This document shows, piece after piece, positions 50,283 through 58,851 of a stretch of 64,000 nt of DNA. Source of the DNA: Candidatus Latescibacterota bacterium (GTDB taxonomy: Bacteria; Latescibacterota; UBA2968; GCA-2709665); the NCBI GenBank assembly GCA_965203805.1, contig OZ241917.1, forward strand, positions 5,088,001 through 5,152,000, written 5' to 3'. Both the position numbers and the translations under genes were made by a program. Under the pieces are notes generated by a model that worked only from the letters and a program-made list of their open reading frames with translations, did no database searches and was not told the DNA's origin. Every line of letters starts with the position of its first letter. Position 1 is the stretch's first letter.

Positions 50283-52270
50283 GCCGTCACCTCCCGCAGC
50301 AACCGCATGATCTTCTCTTCGGCCTGCTTCAGATCCGCGTCGATTTCCTCCAGAGGGCGCGGCGGCGTGTACTTGTAGAAGTGGCGGTTGAAGTTGATCT
50401 CGTACCCTATCTTGTCCTTGCTTCTGTCCATCCAGGCTTCGGGGACATGGGGGCGGACCTCACGCTCAAAGTAGGCGTCGACGTCCTCGGCAAGCGGCAC
50501 GTTCTCGAAATCTCGAAGTTCGGCGTCGGGCTCGTATTCGTTCTCTCGGCCATCCTTCCTGACCGGCTCGCAGTCCAGATCTTTCTCAGTAAAGACATCA
50601 CGGAACAGCCTCTGTTCTACCTTCTTCCAACGCGATCGGCGCTTATGCAGGAGAGCGCTGATATTTTCCCAGGTCGCATTCCAGTCGCGCTGGGGCTCGC
50701 GTCCCAACACCTTATCGATGTCCTGGACGTCATCCAGCAAGTACGGACATGCGTCCAGGAAACGCGCTTTGTCTTCAAAGGTCATCTGATAGCGCAGACG
50801 CAAGGGGCGCTCCACGGTCACGCGAGTATAGCCGAAGTCCTCGTTGGCGAAAATCTTCGAGCGATCACACTCCTCGAACCGTCCGTAAAGTCGCACAATC
50901 TCCCCGGTATGTTCCGCGCGGATGTGCCGGCGTTTGTCGCCGAGACTGCGCCTGTTATCGTCACTTCCCCCCGCCGTCCACATCTCGCGGGCGTCGACCA
51001 GCTGAATCTTCCCGGTTCGGTTATCCTCCTTACGGTTTGTGACGATCCAGATATAGGTGCCGATGCCCGTATTGTAGAACATCTGCTCAGGCAGGGCGAT
51101 GATGGCCTCCAGCCAGTCATTTTCGATGATCCACTTGCGAATGTCGCTTTCGCCGGATCCGGCGCCGCCGGTGAAGAGGGGCGAGCCGCTGAACACAATC
51201 GCAAGGCGAGAACCATGCTTGTGCTCCTCCAGACTCAAGGGTTCGAACTTTCGGACCATGTGCTGCAGGAAAAGCATCGATCCATCGTTTACGCGGGGCA
51301 GTCCTGCGCCGAAACGGCCCGCGAATCCAAGCTTGTCGTGCTCATTGCGCACCTCGTTGCGTTGTTTTTTCCAGTCCACCCCGAAGGGCGGATTGGTAAG
51401 AAAGTAGTCAAAGGTCTCTCCGTCGAATTGGTCTTGCGTCAAACTGTCGCCGAACCGGACGTTGTCGCCGCCGCCGTTGTGGTCGACCTGCTTCATCAGC
51501 GTGTCCGAAGCGGCAGTGGCAAAGGCGCGCTGGTTATAATCCTGTCCGTAGACGTACAGCCGCGTAGCGCTGTGGTGCTCCCGCTGGTAATTCTGCGCTT
51601 CGGCCAACATGCCGCCCGTGCCGCAGGCGGGGTCGAGGAGCTTGCGCACGACACCTGGCGTTGCGAGAAGCTCATCGTCGTTAATGAACAGAATGTTCAC
51701 CATCAGCCTGATGACGTCACGCGGCGTGAAGTGATCGCCCGCGGTCTCGTTTGCCAGTTCATTGAACCGACGGATCAGATGCTCGAAGAGGAGCCCCATC
51801 TGCTCGTTGGGAACCCGGTCCGGGTGCAGATCCACGTCGCAGAACTTCGATACGATCAGATAGAGGAGGTTGGCCTCCTGCATCTTCTCGATTTCAGTCT
51901 CGAACTCGAAGTACTCGAAGATGTCGCGCACGTTTTTCGAGAAACCATGGATGTAACTGACAAGGTGTTGGGCGACATTGTCCGGATCGCCCTTGAGTTT
52001 CTCAAAGCTGAGCGGTGAGCGGTTGTGGAAACGCTCATTGGCAGCCCTGTTCAACCTGGCTTCGAGCGCGCGACCCCTGAACCTGCCGCGAGAGCGTTCG
52101 TACTCAGCGAGCACGCCGGACCTGGTCGGTTCGAGCACGCAGTCAAATCGGCGCAACACTGTCATGGGCAACATCACGCGCTCGTACTGCGGCGGCCGAT
52201 ACGGCCCACGCAGCAGGTCGGCGATGTGCCAGATCAGGTTCGCGAAGTAACTGTGGTCAAGTGTCTTCAC
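50279..52270 (-). CDS. hsdM: Type I R-M N6-adenine methyltransferase subunit
   Basis: IWHIADLLRG, HFTPR, DPACGTGG, NPPF, GYEINFNRHFY. Confidence 0.96.
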   Translation of the reverse strand: MKTLDHSYFANLIWHIADLLRGPYRPPQYERVMLPMTVLRRFDCVLEPTRSGVLAEYERSRGRFRGRALEARLNRAANERFHNRSPLSFEKLKGDPDNVAQHLVSYIHGFSKNVRDIFEYFEFETEIEKMQEANLLYLIVSKFCDVDLHPDRVPNEQMGLLFEHLIRRFNELANETAGDHFTPRDVIRLMVNILFINDDELLATPGVVRKLLDPACGTGGMLAEAQNYQREHHSATRLYVYGQDYNQRAFATAASDTLMKQVDHNGGGDNVRFGDSLTQDQFDGETFDYFLTNPPFGVDWKKQRNEVRNEHDKLGFAGRFGAGLPRVNDGSMLFLQHMVRKFEPLSLEEHKHGSRLAIVFSGSPLFTGGAGSGESDIRKWIIENDWLEAIIALPEQMFYNTGIGTYIWIVTNRKEDNRTGKIQLVDAREMWTAGGSDDNRRSLGDKRRHIRAEHTGEIVRLYGRFEECDRSKIFANEDFGYTRVTVERPLRLRYQMTFEDKARFLDACPYLLDDVQDIDKVLGREPQRDWNATWENISALLHKRRSRWKKVEQRLFRDVFTEKDLDCEPVRKDGRENEYEPDAELRDFENVPLAEDVDAYFEREVRPHVPEAWMDRSKDKIGYEINFNRHFYKYTPPRPLEEIDADLKQAEEKIMRLLREVTA

Positions 52271-52487
52271 GATAGTCCAAGGCGATAAGTGAAGGAAAAT
52301 TAACGATATCGTAGGTCAGTCCGAATTGCTCAATCGAAACTGAGACAAAGCAGAGGTCGTAATCACCGAGGGGCTGCATTTCCTGACACGTCAATGGAAG
52401 GTCCCACCTCATTGTGGTTTATCGAGGAGCATTTGCCTAGGCTGTATTCGCTTAGGCGAGGATAAATAACGTGCCCGACCGGCGACC

Positions 52488-55286
52488 TCACCAGCCATCC
52501 TTGGAAAATAGCGATCGTACGGGTTCGAGTCGTTTCGGTAGCCTATTCCTGCAGGTGATACCCAGATATGTCGCAGCCCGTGTAGCGCCGACATAGAAGA
52601 AACGGTGAAATAGCTCTGGCTCAACTTCAGCAAAGTCATCCAATCCGATAAAGAACACGGCCTCGAATTCAAGTCCCTTGATATGCCGCACGTCGAACAC
52701 TCGGACCTCCTGAGCGTCACCCATTATCCGTCCTTCAGGGCATCCGACGATTTCTATGCTACGATCTCGGAGGGGATCTATTGCCGCCTCAACAGTGGGC
52801 CCGATTCTGTCGTCGCCATTTACAAATACGGCGATGGATGGTAGCGCTCCGAGAGCCTTCTCAATCTCACTGACCCTCAGAGCAAGCCAGGAAGATGCTA
52901 CCGAATCATTGGCACCCTCCAGGAGAAGGGGCGGAGTATCATCCTGATACGCCGAGTGTTTCCTATCCCTCAGTCTTGCTATATCGGGATTGATCGCTTT
53001 TGAAAACTCTCGCAACCGCTCGCTCTGCCGGTAGGGGATTTCCACATTTCTGAGTTCTATCGCCGATTCGGTTCCACATGTCTTCTCAATCCATCGAAGT
53101 TCGGACTCGGAACCAATACCGGTGAGGGTAATTCGTTGCCGGAAATCCCCACATGCGAACCACGATCGAAGGATTGGGTGAGAGAGTTCCATCAGGCCAG
53201 CTAACTGCACTGCGGAAAAATCCGTCGCCTCATCGACATAGACCTGTGGGACATAGCAGTCGGTGATCGGCGACAACCAATCGGGTGTCGCACTTCTTCC
53301 CAATTCCTCTTGAATTTTCCGAGCATTTCGCAGAGACAGAAGAATCAGAACGTCCACTTCATCGCCCGAGATTGAACCGATACGTTCCCCGATATCTGCC
53401 ACATAGAGTTCCGGGTGGCGCCTACGAAACTGCGAATAGGACCCCGCTACATCGAACACCCAGCGCCGGGGTGCAGCTATTAGTACCCTGAGCGCACGGC
53501 GCAGCAGGATCCGGTGCCCCATCTTGGATGCAGTGTCTGACGAGGGTAATAGTCCTTCCATGACGGACGCTACTTCCCTGGCACGTCTCCGCGGTGACGC
53601 ACCGATAGCCGCACTTGTGGCGCAGTTTCTTAATGTGCGAATCAGGAGGTCGGCAGCACGCCTGTTCAATGTTGCCTCGGAGTCAGCCTCTGAAGGGGGG
53701 GATTCCTGTAATTCGTCATCGGGTTCGCTATCGTCGTCGGTCTCCTCCTCAATCAGGTTGGCCTCGACGAGAAAAGGATGCAGTTGCTCCAAGATCGTCG
53801 GCTTCGCCCGCAGGATTCGGTTTGCTTCTTTGTCGGTCCACTCCCTTGTCTGTGCTTGGATTCGCGATTCAACTTCCAACAATAGGTCAGGAGACGGACA
53901 CAGTCGCCGAAGAACTTCCAGCGGGCTCCGATTCTCAAGGCGTAGGCGATCTGTCAGGAGCGTTTTCAACTCCTGGCTTTCCTCTTCCTCTGTTCCAACG
54001 ATTCTACCAACTGCGTCTCTACAGCGGCCGGCTATGCGCGCCAAGTGAAACTCGGCGAATGTGTCGTACAGATTCGAGATCGACAGACTCGTTGGGCTTT
54101 GAAGAATCGCTCTGCGGTCCTCACGAAAACGGCCGCGCGATTCCGTTCTGAGTATCGGGATTACGTCTCTGCCAATACGCCGGCGCTCACGTTGCCATGT
54201 TTTCAGTTGGTGACGCCAAGCTGGTACTCCTTCACGGTTGAACGCGTCCCGCAGATAAAACGTAAGTAGCTCGGTCGGTGCAAACATGGCCCATCCATCA
54301 TTGGCAGCAAACCGCTCGGCGAGTGCTGTAGATTCTACGAGGTCCAATTCTTCGCGTGGAAGTTCTGACAGCGTCTGTTTCTGTGCGATGCGTTTGATAA
54401 GTGTGGTGGTCTTTCCGGTTCCGGGCTGCCCCAGCAGTAAGACACGACGATCCAAGGGCAAACGGAATACCTCACCCTGATATCTGTCCAGGATAGGCTG
54501 GTCCCGTAGCGCAATCCGGTCAATTGCGTTTCTGTATCTTTCGAGACGTACGTTATCCGCCTCCTTCGCTAGGGCGTAGACGGCGTCTAGCGGCGCATCC
54601 GTAGTGAATCGCTCCAGATCCTCGACAAAGCGGCGGATTGACGCAATTGTAAATCTTCTCCAAGCCTCAACCTCGTAAGAGCAGTCTTCTGCATCCCATA
54701 GTCCGTGTGAAGGGACTGGTGTCCATCCTTGCCGTTCAGCTATTTTACCCTTACGATCTTTGCCCGCGATGCGCACGGAGGCGATTTGACCTAGCTCAAA
54801 TTCAGCTAGCCGTCCCAAGGGAGATCTGTAGGACGCTAGGCGGACTCCATCAATCTCCGGTGCGCCCGCTGAAGCTCCACGGCAGACTAGAAGCGTCTGG
54901 CAATCTTGGCTCGGTCCTTGCCACTGGACTACGATTCGTGCGATCGCTGGTTCCGTCCGGAGCAACTCTGCTTCTTTGCGAACTTCAGCCAATGATTGCA
55001 AAATAGCGAAGCGTGTGGTTTCATACGACCCACCCTCTGCTCTCTGTTCACGCTTTAGCTGGATATCAGCCCATTGGGCGATTTCTTCCAGTGCGCCTAG
55101 AAGCCAGTGTCCGACCTTTTCGATGTGATCGCGCTGCTCGTGAGAGAGATTCGTTGGCTCTGTCATAGAGATACTCGTATCACCTATGCGACGTTCGGTG
55201 TTGCGTTTCCTTAAAATCAGCCAGGACGGGTCTTTCGCGCTCTTCAGTCGAACTGTAGTACCGGGGTCATTAAGTTCAGAACACAA
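52488..55286 (-). CDS. UvrD/HelD-like superfamily 1 helicase/ATPase (true start possibly about 55166)
   Basis: ILDRYQ...GQPGTGKTT, DEATD, CGDFRQ, YRQS, IKGLEFEAV, YVGATRA. Confidence 0.85.
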   Translation of the reverse strand: MCSELNDPGTTVRLKSAKDPSWLILRKRNTERRIGDTSISMTEPTNLSHEQRDHIEKVGHWLLGALEEIAQWADIQLKREQRAEGGSYETTRFAILQSLAEVRKEAELLRTEPAIARIVVQWQGPSQDCQTLLVCRGASAGAPEIDGVRLASYRSPLGRLAEFELGQIASVRIAGKDRKGKIAERQGWTPVPSHGLWDAEDCSYEVEAWRRFTIASIRRFVEDLERFTTDAPLDAVYALAKEADNVRLERYRNAIDRIALRDQPILDRYQGEVFRLPLDRRVLLLGQPGTGKTTTLIKRIAQKQTLSELPREELDLVESTALAERFAANDGWAMFAPTELLTFYLRDAFNREGVPAWRHQLKTWQRERRRIGRDVIPILRTESRGRFREDRRAILQSPTSLSISNLYDTFAEFHLARIAGRCRDAVGRIVGTEEEESQELKTLLTDRLRLENRSPLEVLRRLCPSPDLLLEVESRIQAQTREWTDKEANRILRAKPTILEQLHPFLVEANLIEEETDDDSEPDDELQESPPSEADSEATLNRRAADLLIRTLRNCATSAAIGASPRRRAREVASVMEGLLPSSDTASKMGHRILLRRALRVLIAAPRRWVFDVAGSYSQFRRRHPELYVADIGERIGSISGDEVDVLILLSLRNARKIQEELGRSATPDWLSPITDCYVPQVYVDEATDFSAVQLAGLMELSHPILRSWFACGDFRQRITLTGIGSESELRWIEKTCGTESAIELRNVEIPYRQSERLREFSKAINPDIARLRDRKHSAYQDDTPPLLLEGANDSVASSWLALRVSEIEKALGALPSIAVFVNGDDRIGPTVEAAIDPLRDRSIEIVGCPEGRIMGDAQEVRVFDVRHIKGLEFEAVFFIGLDDFAEVEPELFHRFFYVGATRAATYLGITCRNRLPKRLEPVRSLFSKDGW

Positions 55287-55290
55287 TTAA

Positions 55291-55482
55291 CCTTGATTCA
55301 TCATTTTTCGGTCACGTGAAATCGTATATATGCAAGTTAATAAAGGCGATTTAACTGCTGATTTCCATGATCCTTCAGGTCACTGGACGTGAACGGAAAA
55401 AATATCCATTTGGATGCCCTTCTCGGCCCAATCCGGAAGGTCTTGTCGCGGGAGCAGCGATGCTCCTTTTGTCGAATTAAGG
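55291..55482. mobile_element. MITE, 192 bp, CCTTGATTC ends (copy 2)
   Basis: TIRs CCTTGATTCATCA / TGTCGAATTAAGG with TTAA on both flanks (55287-55290, 55483-55486); homologous to 26349-26539. Confidence 0.8.
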
Positions 55483-55670
55483 TTAATCTGACCCGGTGGC
55501 ATTGACCTCGCTTTAGGTTGGCGATCTGCGAGATCACATATGCAGAATCGCATCCTGTCAGATTCGAATACAATATTCCCTCGGAAGTGTGCGTTGTGAT
55601 AATTTCAGCATATGGTAATTCAATCTGGGGAAAAATGGCGCATTCCATTCTGAGGATCGAATAGACCTGC

Positions 55671-55830
55671 TCAAAGCGATAACGCTACAGCGTAGCAGAT
55701 CGCCGCCTGGACGGCTTCGCGCGAGACCGACGGATAGCTCATCGTAATCTAGTCGGGATCCAGACTGGAAGCCAGATTGTCAAGAACCGTGGTCACCAGG
55801 ACGCGCGTACCGGCGATGCACGCGATGTTC
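55671..55830 (-). pseudogene. DUF433 family antitoxin remnant
   Basis: ACIAGTRVLVTTVLDNLASSLDPD*ITMSYPSVSREAVQAAICYA; in-frame TAG at 55749-55751, 5' end missing. Confidence 0.75.
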
Positions 55831-55913
55831 CGGTTTTCAAAAATCGCTTGACAAGGGATACAGAAATAATGATCATTAATTGTGAATAATGATATATAAT
55901 CAAGGAGACTTTC

Positions 55914-56474
55914 ATGCTCAAAACGATTGAATTTCCAGCTTTTAGTCAAACATGGATAGATTCCACCACACCTTTAATACGTAAGCAAAAAGACGTACAA
56001 CAACAAATGAATGAATTATTGTCAGAACCTGTTAGAGAAATAATACAAAACTTTTATGATTTAAATGACTCTTTAAAGCAAGGAATAAAAAAGGAGTTTG
56101 AATTTTATCAACGGCTTAAGACTTTTGATGATAACACAATCCGACAATTAAATTTAGATAAGCAGGAATTTGCTAAGTTAGATAATATTTATGTTAATTT
56201 AAAAAATAGACAATCCCAATATAAACAACTTAAGAATAATGTGATTGATACTATTTCTGAATTACAGTCTATCATAAAGGCAACGCCAGCTCTATGGAAA
56301 GAATCAACACAATTAAACAAAATAAAACGTAATATTAATCGAAATCTAAATCACATAATTGCCTTATCGCAAGAATCAAATTGGATCTTATCTATAATTA
56401 TCGATACTCAGTGCTCAGAGCGTAGTGAGGTATATGACTCCGCCCATAAGGCACTAGAAGCCTTGTGGGAGTAA
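55914..56474 (+). CDS. AT-rich helical hypothetical protein, possible antitoxin
   Basis: AAGGAG RBS; 186-aa coiled-coil-like ORF directly upstream of a RelE-like gene. Confidence 0.65.
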   Translation: MLKTIEFPAFSQTWIDSTTPLIRKQKDVQQQMNELLSEPVREIIQNFYDLNDSLKQGIKKEFEFYQRLKTFDDNTIRQLNLDKQEFAKLDNIYVNLKNRQSQYKQLKNNVIDTISELQSIIKATPALWKESTQLNKIKRNINRNLNHIIALSQESNWILSIIIDTQCSERSEVYDSAHKALEALWE

Positions 56475-56479
56475 CACAG

Positions 56480-56773
56480 ATGCTGTATAAACCTCTGGAG
56501 TCATTAAATCAAATTGCCTTTAGTCCTCGGGCGAAAAGACAACTACGGAAGTTACGCAGTCATATTGAAGGGACATTCGATAAAGCCTTATACGAACTAC
56601 AAACAGGAGAATTATCTTACGGTCGTGAATTTAAGAAAGATCAATTCTTCTATACTATTCGATTAAATGACAATTATCGAATAGCTTTTACTATCGAAGA
56701 AGAAATACTACACATAAGATGCGTCGGCCCACATTCAACTATTGATCGCTATAGAAAAATTGGTGAATTATAG
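56480..56773 (+). CDS. RelE/ParE superfamily toxin-like protein
   Basis: IAFSPRAKRQLRKL...YTIRLNDNYRIAFTI...IRCVGPH. Confidence 0.7.
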   Translation: MLYKPLESLNQIAFSPRAKRQLRKLRSHIEGTFDKALYELQTGELSYGREFKKDQFFYTIRLNDNYRIAFTIEEEILHIRCVGPHSTIDRYRKIGEL

Positions 56774-57328
56774 ACCATAATTAAATAACCCCCCCAAAAA
56801 TCCCCGCCACAGATCCCCCTCCTCCCGCCGATAAAACTGATAACCCGCCTCTGGCAGATACTGTTCCGCCATTCCTCACTGTATCGGTGGTGAGTATCAT
56901 ACGCTTGACCTGCTCCCAGAGATGTTCCAAACTCCAAAATACTTTCTCACTTACTTCGTGTTTGAAGTACCAGTCCGAAATGTTGAATAGGGTGTTTCGA
57001 CTGGCGCAACTGCCCATCATCAGGCGAATGCAGATTCAGCCCGACAATCTACACGTCCCCTATAGACGCACCGGTCGATGGGCTCCGACGACCCCAATTT
57101 GGATTGTTTTTGACCTGAATTATCCGTGAAAACCGGTTGATTCTCAATGACGTTTGCGGAGAGTATACCGAAAACCCTGAAGAGTCCGAATGGGGCCGGC
57201 AAACGCAACATTGAGGTTTCATGGTGGCCGCAGTAACGATTTGCGCTCTATGTGAATCGACTCACTGCCGTTCCTCGTCTTCTCGTGCTTTTCTCGCGTT
57301 CCAGGCTTTTTCCTGCTCCTGGTTTCTA

Positions 57329-57432
57329 ATCCTGCTTAATCCAGCAAATCCTGTAAATCCTGATCGGTTTTCATCCTGCCTGCCTGTGCCGTGCCCGGCA
57401 CGGCAGACAGGTCCATCCTGTGCATCCATGTA
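57329..57432. repeat. ATCCTG 9-mer repeat cluster with inserted 33-bp palindrome
   Basis: aatcctg units; ttttcatcctg[cctgcctgtgccgtgcccggcacggcagacagg]tccatcctgtgcatccatgt. Confidence 0.65.
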
Positions 57433-57465
57433 AGTTCCGTCTTATAAGTTGAAGGGGTTACACCC

Positions 57466-58764
57466 TCAATCTGCGGGGACCAGTTCCGGCGCTTTGCGCG
57501 CGAAGACGTCGATGGGCGGGAGGTTGCGGTCGGGGCCGAGTTCGAGCTGGCGCGGGCCGACCAGGATGTCCAGGTTGTCGCGCATTTCGGCCATGTCCAG
57601 GTAGGCGGTGGAGGCTTCGACTTCACCCAGGTCGAGGGTATTCTTGATCCAGAGCACTTTGGCGTCGCACGGCTCGATGAGCCCGATGGATTCCAACCCG
57701 ATCTGCAGGACTTCCTCGTCGGTAGGGAAGTGCATGGGGATGGACGCGGCGGGCGGATGCTGCCCGGTAATGGCGTTGATGTTCGTCGCATAATGGTCGA
57801 TCTTCTCCACCAGCCGGTCCGTGGTGAATTCGGCCATGCCGACGCCTACGGCGTTGCCATGGGTCTTTTCCGTGAGGTCCCGGACGAAGATCCGCAGCAC
57901 GCGGGGCGTGTCGCCGTCCATCGCCCGGCGTTCGTTGCGCTTGCGCCCCACCACGTTGGTATCGATGCCGGAGCCGCTGATGTCTTTGCCCATCTCGTCG
58001 ATGATCAGCAGGTCCACGTCGTCGAAGGGCAGGCGGGGGCACCATTCCTTCGCTTTGACCAGAAGCGCCTTCTCGGCGCTTTCGAAGTCGGCGGCGGGAA
58101 CGGCGGCAATCTGCGCGGTTTCGTCGTAGCCGTTTTCGAGCAGGGCGACGCCGAACGTGATGGGCATTTTTTCCCGGACGGACTTGCCCACAACGCGAAC
58201 GATCTTGTCGAACGAGTGGTGGATGATGGCGCGGTGGTAGATCGTTGCGCCCTTGTGTTTGCCGAGGCCGATGAGCATCATTTTCATCAGGCCGCTCTCG
58301 ATCTCGCCCACAAAGCCCGTGTGGGGCTTTACGCGGTTGACGACGACCACGTGGTCGGCCTCGGAGGCGCACTTGTCGAAATAGACCGGCATGCCGAAGT
58401 CGGTGACGTCGATCTCGACAACGTCCATGGAGGATCTGACGGGCGCGCCGACCGTTTCTTCGGTAATGCCGTATTCGGCCAGGATCCCGGCCTGGCCTTC
58501 GGCCGTGCCGCCGCCGTGGCTGCCCATCGCCGGGACGATAAAGGGCCGTGCGCCCAGCGCGACCATCTCTTCGACGATCGTCGCAATGACTGTGTCCAGG
58601 TTCGCGATGCCCCGCGATCCCGCGGCGATCGCGACGGTATGTCCGGGCTTAATGGTGTCACCGGGGTTGAGGTTTCGGATTTCGCGACGGGTATCGCACG
58701 GTATGTCGTCCACGCGCGGCGCGTCGAACCGCTGGCGAAGTCGAAACATGTGGGGGTATTGCAT
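57466..58764 (-). CDS. Lactate racemase (LarA/DUF2088) domain protein
   Basis: GSRGIAN, PAMGSHGG, NRVKPHT, ESGLMKM..IGLGK, GKDISGSGIDTNV. Confidence 0.82.
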   Translation of the reverse strand: MQYPHMFRLRQRFDAPRVDDIPCDTRREIRNLNPGDTIKPGHTVAIAAGSRGIANLDTVIATIVEEMVALGARPFIVPAMGSHGGGTAEGQAGILAEYGITEETVGAPVRSSMDVVEIDVTDFGMPVYFDKCASEADHVVVVNRVKPHTGFVGEIESGLMKMMLIGLGKHKGATIYHRAIIHHSFDKIVRVVGKSVREKMPITFGVALLENGYDETAQIAAVPAADFESAEKALLVKAKEWCPRLPFDDVDLLIIDEMGKDISGSGIDTNVVGRKRNERRAMDGDTPRVLRIFVRDLTEKTHGNAVGVGMAEFTTDRLVEKIDHYATNINAITGQHPPAASIPMHFPTDEEVLQIGLESIGLIEPCDAKVLWIKNTLDLGEVEASTAYLDMAEMRDNLDILVGPRQLELGPDRNLPPIDVFARKAPELVPAD

Positions 58765-58851
58765 GGTGGGCCTCCGGTGGTCGAGGTCGACAATCAGAAA
58801 AAGGGTAACCTATTGCGGGCCGTGCCGCCGTCGATCGGATTCGACGAAAAT

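Noticed and set aside
26349-55482. Composite transposon bounded by the two MITE copies
   Set aside because: The copies are clearly diverged, copy 2 has its own target duplication, and the interval includes core genes (carA, pyrC, rsfS).
55749-55751. TAG readthrough (pyrrolysine) in the DUF433 frame
   Set aside because: The gene is also 5'-truncated and the codon sits at a position I recall as usually Glu; a nonsense mutation is simpler.
56781-57211. Short ORFs or a methyltransferase remnant (SILEFGT)
   Set aside because: No RBS, interrupted frames and too little motif evidence.
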